DNA of 64,000 nt from Oikopleura dioica. Taxonomy: Eukaryota > Animalia > Chordata. The position numbers and the translations under genes are program-made. The stretch lies in contig OU015568.1 in NCBI GenBank assembly GCA_907165135.1, positions 9,548,001 through 9,612,000 of the forward strand. Reading direction: 5' to 3'. This document shows positions 1-16,431 of this stretch, one piece after another. The first letter of the stretch is position 1, and each line of letters begins with the position of its first letter. Under the pieces are notes generated by a model. The model was not told the DNA's origin, did not search any database, and worked only from the letters and a program-made list of their open reading frames with translations.

Positions 1-3000
1 TCCAGACGTACACTTCTCCGCGCTCGCATTTTAGTTTAGGCATGCGTTCTGAATATTACGTTTTGTCAAATAACTAATGTGTGGGTTTGGGTAGGGTTAA
101 GTCGGTTGAAGTTCTTTTTTACCTTTCTTTCGTTGTTTCTCGGCGTCCCGTTCCTCCTGGTCGTCTTCTGTCTTGACCAAAATCTCTTGAATATTTTGCG
201 CAGTTGCTAAACTGTGCTGCTGTAAATTGTTGCTCATTTTTGTGTTATTCGGATCGTGGGAGAGTTGCCTCTGGAGAGAGACTTGCATAGGTTGTGGTTG
301 GTGCGGATGAGGGTCCACTTGCATCATATGGGCATTGTTCGGGTTCACTTGCATATGATGCGCGTTCATCATGTGCATGGTGGACTGAAAAAAGAGTTGA
401 AATTTTCAACTTGAAAAGTGGGTACGAAGAGGGTGTTCTTACGTTTGGATGGGCAGGCTGAACTTGAGGAGAATGAAGAATTTGAGGTATTCGTTGTTGG
501 TTCGGTTGTCTATCACCTGCCTTAGGCAGCCTAGAAAGTATAAGTTAATCTAAGTTTAACATAAATTGTTTAGCTTACGGTCGCGCCATAAAAGATTGAT
601 GTTGTTGCTGCTGCGGTTGGTGATGATGATTTTGGCGATTTTGGTCTGGGTTGTTGAGCGAAAGGTTCGGTTCAAAGTGTTGCGGCAGCGCGATATCGAA
701 GTCACCGAAACTCGTGTCGATATCGAGATTGAGGCTGTGCTCGGCATTAATCGTGAAATTGAAAGCAGGATCCGCCTTGACCGAGTTCAACGACGAGCTA
801 TCATGATGCGATGAAACGTCCATCATCGCCACAGCTTGGCGCGATGTTCCCGGTTGATTCGTGCGGATCGGTGTGGTTCGGATAGCTTGTTGTGTGCTTT
901 GGGGGCTTTGGGAAGGTAAACACTGTGACTGAGATTGGAGTGGGCTTCGGAGGAACGAGGGCTCCTCCGTTTTGATTTCTTGCTTCATGCTGGCCGGACT
1001 TGGCAGCGAGGTCGACTGCGAACGCTGTGGTGGAGGAAATGAGTTGGATATAATCTAAAGTCCCTGATATATTGTTTTTAGGTGAGTTTTACCTGAATTG
1101 TGTCCATTTTTGAGGAGTGCTGTAAGTTGTTTTGATTTTGATGTTGATGATGGTGCGTTTGATGATGTTGCTGTGGTTGTTGTTGTTGATGATGGTGATG
1201 GTGTTGATGATGCATTTGATTGCTCGAAGAAGCTTGCTGCAGACGAATAGGAATCTGATGAGGCACCACCGACATTGGATCACCAGGACCAGGCGATGGT
1301 GGTTCCAATTTAATCTGAGCAGGAGCAGAGTGTTGTCGATGAATCCCTTGCTGCTGCTGGATGCCCATGCTTGTCGGTTGCCTTTGCTGCTGGACTTTCG
1401 GTGGTGGTGGCGACATCTGCATCGGAGAGACATTTGGTAACTGGCTGGAGGAAGAAACGCGGGGAGATGAAGCGTGCGAGGGCAGTTGTGTAGTAGAGGA
1501 GGAGGAAGTGGAAGTTGGGGGAGGAACGTGCTTGAGAGGAACTTGAGGGCTTTTCTGCGGCGAGGGAGACGATTTTGCCGCCGAGTGTGAGTTTTTGTCC
1601 GTGCTATGGTGAGACGTCCGTTTTCTGCGCGACTGTGAAGCTTCTTTCTTTTCCCAAGCGGAGACAAATTTTATTTCCTCGCCTTTATGCTCCAATTCTT
1701 CATGCTCCTGAAATCGTCTAAATCTGAGACGTAAAAATAACTCTACCTGGCGTTGGTCGAGTGTAAAAAATAAGCTTGAGAAATCGGGCAAGCCGAGGCC
1801 ACTTTCTTTCGCCTCCTTCGCCTTGTCGATTCCAATATGATAGCATTTCAAGCAAAGGACGAGATTTTTCGAATGCTCAATTTCATTCTCTTTTTTGTGA
1901 ACTTCCGTAATGTGCCGCCGCCAGTAATCGGCGCGGATAAAGTTGATACCGCTCTTGGACGGATCTTCGGAGCGAATGCAGAAGGGACACACAACTTTAC
2001 TGAAAAGAAACGAGAGTTATTTGCAAACGGATTTGGAAGAGTGTTTACTTGAATGATTGCTTGCTCATTGACCACCGATAAGCACCACCTAAAGTTTTTA
2101 TAAGAATTTTTACCCTCTAAAATTCTCTGTAGATTTTTTTCTTCATGCATTTTCAAAAAGATTCTCTCCACCATCCGACCTCTTTTTGGGGATCAAAGAA
2201 AGGCCAGAAAGTAGAGAAAATGTTCTAGCTAGAGTAACTTACCCTGGCCGCACTTGAGCTTCTGTAACTCAGGATCAATACGTCTCTCTGCTCTGGTGGG
2301 TTTGTTTTCTGGCGTTGGAGCTTTTACTGTTGTGGGAGATGCCCTGATTTCCATTTTCGGCGTTTCTGTTGGTATTGGAAGACATGTTGTTTCCACATGA
2401 ATTTTGATGTGTTCATCTTGTTCTTGTAGTTGACAGTTTTCACTCTAAATAAAGCATGAAAAAGAGGGCACCGTATTACTGTACTTGTAATATTGTACAG
2501 TGGAAAATTGTATCACTGTACTTGTATTAGTGTACAGTATTGTATCACTGTACTTTTCCCTGTGAACTCAAAAGTACAAACTTACAATGTACAGTGATAC
2601 AATACTGTACACTAATACAAGTACAGTGATACAACGGCAAAAATTTAAAATCGCGAATTTACGGGGCTAGGATTTTTTTTTTTTAAATTATTATTTAATA
2701 TTCAAATTTTCAATATATTTTTTCATACAATTTTTATTTAATGCGCGCGGCGCGCGCAAATCCCTATTTTTTAATAATATTAATGAACTAAATTAAAAAA
2801 ATACAATAAATTATATATATAATTTCTTATACAATTTTTATTTAATGCGCGCGGCGCGCGCAAATCCCTACAATTTATATTCCAAAATCTAACAAAATAT
2901 GGGGGGGACTATATTTTGGTAGCTAGGGGCGGGGCGGGGGTAGATTCCACAAGGGCTATTTAATGACGGCCTATATAGCGTTTTTCACGTTTTTTCCCAA

Positions 3001-6000
3001 AAGTGTGTTTTATTGTACTGCGAAAAAAATCTAGAATCTATGCCCAAAATCTAACAAAATAGGGGGGACTATATTTTGGTAGCTAGGGGCGGGGCGGGGG
3101 TAGATTACACAAGGGCTATTTAATGACGGCCTATATAGCGTTTTTTACGTTTTTTTCCAAAAGTGTGTTTTATTGTACTGCAAAAAAAGTATCTTGACTT
3201 CCAACCGCAAAATACTAGCGGAAGCTAGGAGTAGGATGGGGGTAGATAATGACGGCCCTTATTCTAGGTACTTACGACGTTTGTCAGATAGTTTACATCT
3301 ATGGCAGTAGCTGTGAATTATATGTCATGCTGTGTATCTACTTGCATGAGTAATCTTTTTCATTTCTAACTCATTTCAAACCGTCCGCGCGTTTGCTGAA
3401 GAGGGTTAACACGGGCGCAAGAAGAATGAACATGAAATTGGTTTTGTCGCTGAGAGAGATGGACAAGGAATATAAGAAAGAGTACATTCAGAATGTAACA
3501 TTCTACTCAAGCGGCGACCGGAGCCTGAAAATGGCGGGAATGGTCAAAATTAAGGAAAAACTCAGAGGCAATTCAAGCAACAGTGGCGAGGGAGAAATCG
3601 AGTTGATTTTGAATGCGACGATCACGATCAAAACTGGAAAACTGGAATGCTATCCATTCTTGGAAAGTTGTCCTTGCCAAAAGCGAGACAGCAAGTTAAA
3701 CAGAAGATGTCCAACCAGAAGAGGATGAAAATCGACTGAAGAGGCAAACAACAAAACGATCGAGTTTCGACAGACTCTTTTCTCGGCTTCATTGCTCGGT
3801 AAATTCTGACAGGGAGAAATCCATACGCTTCTTCTGCTGTTTTGCTCAAAGCTCCGATAACTTCTGCAAGGGAGTTTTCAGAAGCACCGATGTTGAGTCT
3901 AGCTTGATTCGCAAACAGAAATTTGACAGGCTTAGTTTTGGAAGCATCCGGATTAGGCACACCAGTTTCGACGTCTTGGGAGGCCTCCCAGGTGGAAACT
4001 CAAAGAAACTCGATCACTTTGCGCTCGAAAGCGAGCGAAAGCGAAATTCGGCGGTGAATTCGACTGACTCTAGCGTTACAACTTTTTTTCTTCCTGCATT
4101 GGACGTCGATTTGAACTACATGTCGCATGGAAGCGGGGAAACTCATCGCCGCGCGAAGCTTTACCCAAACGTCGTAATCGGCTCCATGCCCAAAGAGATG
4201 AGCATTTCATCCTTGTTCCTCGAATATCTCAGTCAAAGTTTTGACATTCTGGACAAGAACGAAGTCAACACTAGCAAGGAGCCGGAAGACACGGATCAAA
4301 TTGATCTACGAAGCGGCGCCGATCACAATTTCGAGCAAAGTTCAGTCCAGTCTTTCCCCGTCGACGTCGTCGTCCACGCCAAAGTAAAGCCCTCGACCGT
4401 GCTGTTCTCTTGTCAACCTAAAGGAAAGGTCGAATGCACGCTCCGAGTACTGCTGACAAACATGGTCTTCTCGTCACCGCCGTCGACCTGACGCGAAAAA
4501 GTCCGGATTGAATTTGGCGATTCAACTGTCTGATTTCGCTCTCCGTGTGAATCATCTTTACGAAAACTCGTCAAAAGGATGTTTCCACTTGAATTTCGAA
4601 GGCATTTTAATCAACATTTTGAGACTGCACGTCTCTGAAAAGCTCCTCACAATTTCTGTTATCTCCGACATTGGCCAGGCAAATATCAACTACGACATGA
4701 GATGTTTGTCGGAAATCCTCGGCTTTCCAAAAGCTTGGTACAATAGATCCATCGCAAGACGCCTTTTCCTCATTGAAAGTAGCCGCGCGAAGCCGACAAA
4801 CGAAGCTGCTCCTGTCCAGCCGAATCATAATAACGAAAAAAAGGAAACTGCTGTTAGAGTTTCCACAGTTCTCCGAGAGTTGCGAGTCGATATGAACATC
4901 GGAAACGTTCTCGGAAAGACGGTTTGGGTGACAGAGCAACTCGCATATCATGGCGCTTTTGACATGAGAAGCAGTAGAAAAAATGACATCAAGACTTTGG
5001 TTTCTCTTGCGAAGACGAAGATCGAGTCGCGATCAGGACTCCTAGGAGGAGTGATTTCGATAAGTGGTTTCAATGGCGCTTGTTTTTGGCGAGAACGAAG
5101 CACTCAAGATTCAGCTCACGAAATGAAGGTAAATCTTTGTCAACTCTTTAGGATTTTGGTTAGGGTTGGAAGAAAGTCAGATTTTACTGATAGGCCCCTT
5201 GATAAGCTTCGAAAAATAACCGTATTCTCTTTAGGTCTCCCTGGATGAAGTTAGCCTGCGATTGGAATACCACTCGACAGTAATTCTACTTTCGAAGCTG
5301 AGCGATGCACAACTGTTCGTCATCGACGAGAGCTTGTTGGACGAGAGTCCTCCACGGGCAAAGGCGAACATCGACATGCGCTGGGGCGAGTCGATCTTCT
5401 TCTTTGCAAGTCGAATTCGAAGAATCTCGTCCAAGGCGGGCGCAAAGTCAAGGACTTCGTCAAGCAACAGATCAACACGGGCAGCGAGGCCTTCCGCAGC
5501 ATGTTCGCTCACAGCTCGAATTACGAAGAGAAACGCCGCGGCCCTGTAGAAAAATCGAACGACGACAAGTACCAGCGCCACTGGCCTCCGATCTTTAATC
5601 GCCACCCAGTTACTTCGTATCATCTCGGCGGCGAGTCTCGCCTCCGCGGTCAGGAACTGTCAATTGTCTGCTTCGACGGGGATTTCCGATCGGACGATCA
5701 CTGGGTCTTCATTTCCGTTCATTTGCTAGATATTTCTCTCTCCAGCGATGTTTACTCCGCGCCAGAAGATGATGCCCAAGATCGTCTCAATATCTTCCTT
5801 TTCCAGGTAATTTTCAATTGCCTGTCTCTTTATTTCATAATTGCCATTTTCATTTTTAGACGTTCATCTTCAACCTTGGTCTTTACATGCCTAGTCTAAA
5901 ACGAAAAATAAATTTTCAGCAGTACACAATATCGCATTTTCACAGTTGAATTGAATGAAAAATAAAATAGCTATTAGAAAGTTAGAAGTGGGGCCTATTA

Positions 6001-7233
6001 TTTTGTCTGCAGTACAGAAGAACACACTTTTGGGAAAAACGTGAAAAACGCTATATAGGCCGTCATTAAATAGCCCATGTGGAATCTACCCCCGCCCCGC
6101 CCCTAGCTTCCAAAATATAGTCCCCCATATTTTGTTAGATTTTGGGGCATAAATTCTAGATTTTTTTGCAGTACAATAAAACACACTTTTGGGAAAAAAC
6201 GTAAAAACGCTATATAGGCCGTCATTAAATAGCCCTTGTGGAATCTACCCCCGCCCCGCCCTAGCTACCAAAATATAGTCCCCCCATATTTTGTTAGATT
6301 TTGGAATATAAATTGTAGGGATTTGCGCGCGCCGCGCGCATTAAATAAAAATTGTATAAGAAATTATATATATAATTTATTGTATTTTTTTAATTTAGTT
6401 CATTAATATTATTAAAAAATAGGGATTTGCGCGCGCCGCGCTCAATAAATAAAAATTGTATAAGAAATTATATATATAATTTATTGTATTTTTTTAATTT
6501 TGTTCATTAAAATTATAAGAAAATAGGGATCGCGCGCGCCGCGCGCATTATATAAAAATTGTATGAAAAATAAATTATAATTTAAAAAAATAGAAATAAA
6601 ATTTATTCTAGCCCTATTAAATCTGGATTTAAAATTTCGCCGTTGTATCACTGTACTTGTATTAGTGTACAGTATTGTATCACTGTACTTGTATTAGTGA
6701 AGACAAAAAAATTGTGTTCACTATTACAAGTACAGTAAAACAGAAGTACAGTGATACAATAATGTCGAAAGTACACTAATACAAGTACAGTGATACAATT
6801 TTCCACTGTACACAAATGCAAGTACAGTAATACGGGGTACTCATGAAAAATGCATAAATAAATACGATTAATTAATTGATTAATGGATTACCCTCAGCCA
6901 AAGTTGCGCATGTTTCTTGTATTGTTCTTCCTGTTCCTTGTATGTTGGCAGCGCTTTTTCAATTTGCTCCAGCTCAGTTTCCGAAAAGGTGCCGATCTCC
7001 AACAAAAGCCCTGAAATAAAAATATAACCACCCGCATAAATAATCAATTTTCAAACCTTTATAACCTTCAGGGCCGCTGAGACAGCCGATTAGATTCTGC
7101 CCTTCAGTCTGTTTTATCAGCTTCTGGAAGTCGACAGGCGGAGTCGACCAGGCCTTCGGCATGCTACTGTAGTAACTTCCGCCTGTACTGCTTTTCAGCT
7201 TCTGGAAGTCTGTGCTGTGGATAGTCCGAACCC
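1..7233 (-). CDS. Multi-exon Gln/His-rich protein with C2H2-like zinc-finger motifs (probable transcription factor). It runs off the window start, and its true 5' start is not identified.
   Basis: ORFs 97-378, 575-988 and 1078-1992 (CPFC...WRRHITEVH; polyQ/H tracts) are joined by short GT-AG introns. The exon ending at 2447 (SENCQLQEQDEHIKIH) joins in phase 0 to an exon ending at 6892 (...HAQLWLR|gtaatcc). A further exon lies at about 7055-7233. Confidence 0.7.
2471..3182. repeat. Left arm: palindromic GTATCACTGTAC module, about 110-bp AT-rich/GCGCGCGGCGCGCG units and 2 units of about 137 bp
   Basis: Direct reading. The unit ccaaaatctaacaaaata...gggctatttaatgacggcctatatagcg...gtgtgttttattgtactgc occurs twice. 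Confidence 0.9.
3372..5885 (+). pseudogene. BLTP1: Internal fragment of BLTP1/KIAA1109 (tweek) from the C-terminal region, intron-containing, truncated at both ends
   Basis: The motifs FPVDVVVHAKVKPSTVLFSCQP..VEC, DIGQANINYDMRCLSEILGFPKAWYNRSIARRLFL and QRHWP..GGESRLRGQELSIVCF match recalled KIAA1109 sequence. GT-AG introns are retained at about 5129-5232 and 5807-5859. Frameshifts occur near 4490 and 5385. The fragment ends about 120 bp before the right arm. Confidence 0.8.
6008..6835. repeat. Right arm: inverted copy of the left arm with one extra unit of about 110 bp
   Basis: Reverse complement of 2471-3182. It has three GCGCGCGCCGCGC units versus two on the left. Confidence 0.9.
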
Positions 7234-7862
7234 TGAGAAAAGGGCTCAATTTATTTGTAATTTCTCGAAAATGGTATCAATAAAGAAAAGAGTGGTAATA
7301 GTATGTTTTCATCTCATACGGGTTTTATCACAAAATATCTCAAAACTTTTTCATCGATAAACATCACACTTGTGAATCGCGAAAATATCATGTTCTGACT
7401 GGATATTTTGCTGCTAAAAACTGACAATTATAGAGCCCTAGATATCGATTGCTTCCTGTTCGTCGACCCTGGCATCTGTCGACATAAATATTACTTTTTC
7501 AATATAATTTCTAAACAAAACAACATCAATAATTATTTATTTTTCTGACGAGACGAGACATTGACAAGTTTTCTTTTCGAATATATTTTATTCGTAAAAT
7601 CTTTTCGGCCAAACAAACTGGGGCTCAAACTGATTGGGAAACTGGTTTTAAAATTTGAAATCAAACAAAACACAAAACATGTTTTCAAAAACGGAAACAT
7701 AGACTAGTTAACACAGAAGATTGGATTTGGATTGTTGAACTGGCTGGAAGTGAATGTGACATGTTCTTTTTGGTTTGAGAAGGTCCCTTCGATTTTTGTG
7801 AAATAACGAACTAGCGAAAGGAACAAATTTCTCGATGGTTGTATAAATAATTAGAATTGAAC

Positions 7863-9447
<1,585 letters not shown>

Positions 9448-9604
9448 TCAATTTTTTTAGTTATTGCACCAATCTTTTTGGCAAAAAAAAGAAGAAGCTA
9501 GAGTTACAGAAAGTGGTGATTGTAGTTCAACTTGGCAATAGAAAATATTAAATAAATAGATAAAAGCTAGAAGTGTGAAAGTGTAATTTCAATTCATATT
9601 CGGA

Positions 9605-12031
9605 TTATTCTTTCTGGAGGACGATGCAAGCGCGGGAAGGAAGGTAAATGTTGAGCGATTGGGCACAATTATCAGATTCATCGGGAGATGTGAAGAATTC
9701 TTGATCTTTTGCTAGTCGAGCGTGGCCGTGGAAACGCTCCTCGTCTGAATCAAGAACGAGTTGGTATTTCCCTGGCTCCCGGACGCCGAATTGATAGTCG
9801 GAATACGACTGAAAAGGGTAAAATGAGATAGGAGAAGGAAAGTACCTTGGAAGCGTGGAAGTTGAATACAAAGATGCAATTCGCACGATCGAAGATGATC
9901 ACTTTGTCACCCTCCGATTTCCTCGTCGAATAACCAGGCGGAGCAGAAAGCCAACATGTTTTCTTTTCCAGGTCATTTATTGCCGAGTCAAAATTCTCCA
10001 AAAATTGATAACGAAGCAGAGAATCTTCAGCAAGCGAAAACTGTCGTCGACAGTGCTAAAACAATCGATTAAAACTTGGCCTTGAATATTTTTAAAAGCA
10101 AATCATTATTGATTCTAAAAAATCGATGATTACCTGATAAGATTCGCCATTTCCCTTTCTCGGAAAATCTAGCCACTCTGGATGGCCAAATTCGTTTCCG
10201 ATAAAATTCAAATATCCTTCTCCGCCAAGCGCGTGGACCAGCAGTCTTATCATCTTATGCAGGGCCATGCCACGGTCGATAACGTCTGTTCTTTCGCTAA
10301 GAACGCTCATGTTCGTGTACATCTGCGCGTCCATCATCCAGAAGGCTAGCGTCTTGTCTCCAACGAGCGCTTGGTCGTGTGATTCTGCGTACGCAATGAC
10401 TTTCTCGCCATATCTTCGATTCTCCAGCGTGTGGCAAATGTGTCCAATGTTCCAATCTTCGTCTTTTTGTTCTTTGAGTAGCTTGATCCACATGTCCGGT
10501 ACGGCCATTCCCAGGCGGAAATCAAAGCCGATTCCTCCTTCTTCAACTGGTCGGCACATTCCTGGCATGCCAGAAACATCTAGCAAGAAAATACGAATCA
10601 AATCATTTGAAAATTGCTTACCTTCGGAAATGGTCGTAAGAAATGGATAAGTTTTATGTAGAAAATCATTAGCCAATTGAAGATAAAGGATCGATTCTTC
10701 ATCAACTTGCAATCCAAAGTATTCCGAGTAATTTCCAGTGAAGCCAGTTCCGATTCCATGATGATGGTAAAGCATTGACGTGACTCCATCAAATCTGAAT
10801 CCATCGAATCCAAACTCTTCGACCCAGTATCGACAGTTCGAGAGCAAAAATCGCCTGACTTCCCAGTCATTGTAATTGAAGATTCTAGAGCCCCACTGAG
10901 CATGATGTCCTCTTGCTCCTCCATGGAAAAAGCAGCTGTCAGTTCCGTCAAATTCGTTTAACCCGTCCGCGACGTTGGAGCTCGCATGAGAATGGACAAT
11001 GTCGAGAAGAACTTGAATTCCCAAACCATGAGCGCAGTCGATCAGTTCTTTGAGTTCATCAGGAGTGCCAAAGCGCGAACTGGGTGCGAAAAACGAAGTC
11101 ACTTGGTAACCAAAACTTGCGTAATAGGCATGCTCTTGGATGGCCATCAGTTGGATTACGTTGTAACCGTTTTTAGCAATTCGCGGGAGGACGTTGTTTG
11201 TGAAGTCTGCGTAAGAGCTGATTCCTTTCTGAATTTCAGGGTCACGATTTGCCCAAGAAATTAATAAAAAGCCGCTTTGAATTTCGGAAAGATGTCTCTG
11301 TTTTCAAGTTTTCATGTCCCTTTCCTTATCAGAAGCAATACCAACATGAGCTTCGTAGATTTTCGGCGCTTTGGGCTTCTCCGGCCTGTCAAACTTCGCT
11401 TCATACTTTTCTCTTTCTCCAGGGTTGTAGAAATGCCAATCGTAGACGACTTCTTTGGGTTCTTGAAAAACGTATTTTGCCCAGGGGAAATGCGGTCGAT
11501 CAGTTGACCAGTAGATTTGACCAAGATAGTGAGCTTGATCTTCGAATTGTGCGGAATTCGGCATGAACCATCTTCGTTTGGTGGAATTCGAATACTCCAT
11601 TTTCCGAAATCTTCGGCTGAAAACGCGTATTCCGTGCGTTTCCAATCGTTAAAATCGCCTCTGAGCCAGACTGCCTCGGCTCCTGGAATCCATTCTTTTC
11701 AAATCAGGTCTTCAAACTTTTCAACTAAAAAGAATCAAAATCAAATGTTGAAGGCATAAATTTTTGAGACCTGTTTCCCAAGCCAACGATTTCTTTATCC
11801 GGAGTCACATGGAGCCCAAATTTTTCGTAAGAACGGGTGTACGATTCTAGCGTCTCGGCAGCTTCGATTTCAGACTTGGTCGAGAGGAATTTTCGGTAGC
11901 GACGATCGATGTCAGATTTGAAGGGTTGAAGATATTCGTCATTCTTTTTTTAGCGATGAAAATTGATAAAATTCAATCATTTTTAACCATCTACTTTTGA
12001 GTTGAATTACTAGAATTACCATAGGTAGCAT
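9605..12031 (-). CDS. GBE1: 1,4-alpha-glucan branching enzyme, multi-exon; start codon approximate
   Basis: [72 protein letters not shown]. Confidence 0.95.
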
Positions 12032-12313
12032 TTCTCATCACTTTCCTTATATAATCCAAGCTCTAGAATCTCTTCTTTCTCTGTCATTTTTCACGGTTTT
12101 TTTCTGAAAAATGAAAATTGCTCAAATCTTTGGCGATGTAAATATACGGCGAAAATCACGTTTCCAGGGATCCTCTCTTACGTAACAGTCATCAAATTGC
12201 CTTCAAATTATCTAATTCTGTTCTTGCGATCTCTGACTGGCCTTTTTCGACGAAAGTGGACTCTTTTCTCGGACAGTTGATAGAACTGATTCGGCTCGGC
12301 GCCGAGCTCTTGT

Positions 12314-12325
12314 CCAATCAGCGCC
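12314..12325. promoter_or_regulatory. CCAAT (NF-Y-type) box, CCAATCAGCGCC, upstream of GBE1
   Basis: The identical 12-mer recurs at 44972-44983, about 45 bp upstream of the DNLZ ATG. Confidence 0.4.
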
Positions 12326-12780
12326 CGAGGGAAAATTTATAGAAAAACGGGAAAGTTACGTTTGTCGCCCAACCGAGAGCGATTACGTTTTTCGTGAAAA
12401 CAAGAAATTAAAAGGGGCGTTGCCGAATGAGGAGGACTCGAACAATAATTTTCATCAATTCTCTCTTCCTTGATTTCCTCCCTCTCGGAATTTAGCAGAA
12501 ACTCAAATTCATTTTCTGATTTATTCTCACAATCTTTGCATAAAAACGGGTAATTGTTACAGGATGGAGGGAGGTGAAGAAAGGTACAGTGTAGATGATG
12601 ACGAGAAGCGGAAAACAGGCTTTTCTAGCAAGCCAAGATAAAAAGGAATGAGTGACTTTCGATGCGCTTGTTCAATTTGTCTGTAAAGTCTACAGTATAG
12701 ACTGGAACACTGGTGTTCGAGCTCTTCTAAGGTGGCGGTGTGTCGAGGTAAAAAGGATTTTGACGAGAGTAGTAAAGATT

Positions 12781-12870
12781 AAAAATTGGTGAAAGCTGTG
12801 AGTTCTTACCATTATCTTGCATCTCAAGAGCTTCGTTGATTCCAGTAGAACCACCAGAAGCAACAGCTTT
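12781..12870 (-). pseudogene. Degenerate partial duplicate of enolase exon 1 plus the start of intron 1
   Basis: Encodes AVASGGSTGINEALEMQDNG|gtaagaa versus [20 protein letters not shown]|gtaagaa in the enolase gene (about 9226-9315). Confidence 0.75.
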
Positions 12871-14047
12871 GTCAGCAGCTTTGAAAGCAGGTTGAAGAAG
12901 GGAGGGGGGAAAGGACGAGAAAAAGGACAGTGAGATTGGAGCATCAGGTGAGTCAGAGAAGAGATCCAAGGACGTCAACTGTGTTCAGCAGAGTTGTACA
13001 TTTGCGCAGCGGAGATAGCGGAGCTGACGGCTGAGCCGTCACGGCTCCGCTCTGCTTCGACAAAAAAAAATTCTTGAATTTCTTCGAACTCGCTTCGCTT
13101 CGCACTAAAGCGAACTCGCACTGCGAATTTAGACCCCTGTTTGAGTCGTTGAAAATATCTGGAAGCCGTGGAAGAACCCACTAGGGTTCTAGGAACGCCA
13201 GACCTCAATCTTCGACATTTTCAACGATGTTCCATGTGGTCTTAACTTGTAAGTAAGGCAATAACTATGCATTTACTGTAGAAAATATTGTAGAAATTTC
13301 AGTAGAAACTGAGATTTTATCATTCGCAGTTTCCGAGATACGAGTATGTAATAAATTTTATTAATTTACTATTCATCTACTCCTTTAATTGTTCTATTGT
13401 CCAGATAAACTGCAAAATTTTTCAGTAAGTACTGCATCTAATGAAATGCGGTTCTTCCTTTATCTGAAAGAAGGGAATCGCCCACGACGTCCAGCGCGCC
13501 CCGTGATTGGACTCCCGCTCTCTCAGAAAAGGAAAAGTCGCCCTTCTTCCATCGCGTAGTAAAATTTCATAAACCCCGTAAAGACTTTCCGAAACTTTAT
13601 CATCTGTATGTTCAGAGAATTAATATTTGCCAGTCCTACTAGCAGAGTTCATTTTTAGAGAGTGAGAGATGCGATCCTAGCGCAAAGAAAAGAAGAGCCT
13701 TTTTGTCGAAAGAAAGAGAAGAAAAACAGCCAAAATGAGGTAGATTTTCAAAAGAATTATCCAAATTATTTGCGAATAATCATGATTATTCAAAAACAAT
13801 ATAAACCAACTAGATTTATACGTTTTATTTTTATCGAAAATGGGAAAAAACGGATTACTTGAATTTATTGATAGAAATTTCTTTCTCAACGGAGCTTTCT
13901 CTCACAGGAAAATTTTCAATAAGGGCTTTTCCATATAACTTTTTTGATGAACATTACTTATGAAATTCTAGTGGCCGTCCTGCTCAACGAATGTTCGGCA
14001 TCACTTCTGCGTTGTCCGTGGAAGGGCCAACAGAAAAGGACAAAGTA

Positions 14048-16431
<2,384 letters not shown>

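Larger units (their letters stand above)
2471..6835. mobile_element. Foldback/Pack-type non-autonomous element with about 710-830 bp modular inverted arms and a captured gene fragment
   Basis: Termini are CCGTATTACTGTACTTG (2471) and CAAGTACAGTAATACGG (6835). Arms 2471-3182 and 6008-6835 are reverse complements module by module. There is no transposase ORF and no convincing TSD. Confidence 0.8.

Noticed and set aside
3372-5885. BLTP1 region as an ordinary nested functional gene
   Set aside because: It has no start or upstream exons, lacks the conserved C-terminus, has a non-homopolymer frameshift near 4490, and is bounded by repeat arms.
2467-6839. GGCA/GGTA as the TSD of the foldback element
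   Set aside because: Only 3 of 4 bases match, which is not distinguishable from chance.
12727-12978. 83-aa ORF as an ENO4-like gene
   Set aside because: Similarity is limited to about 20 codons nearly identical to the neighbouring enolase exon, and no downstream exons were found.
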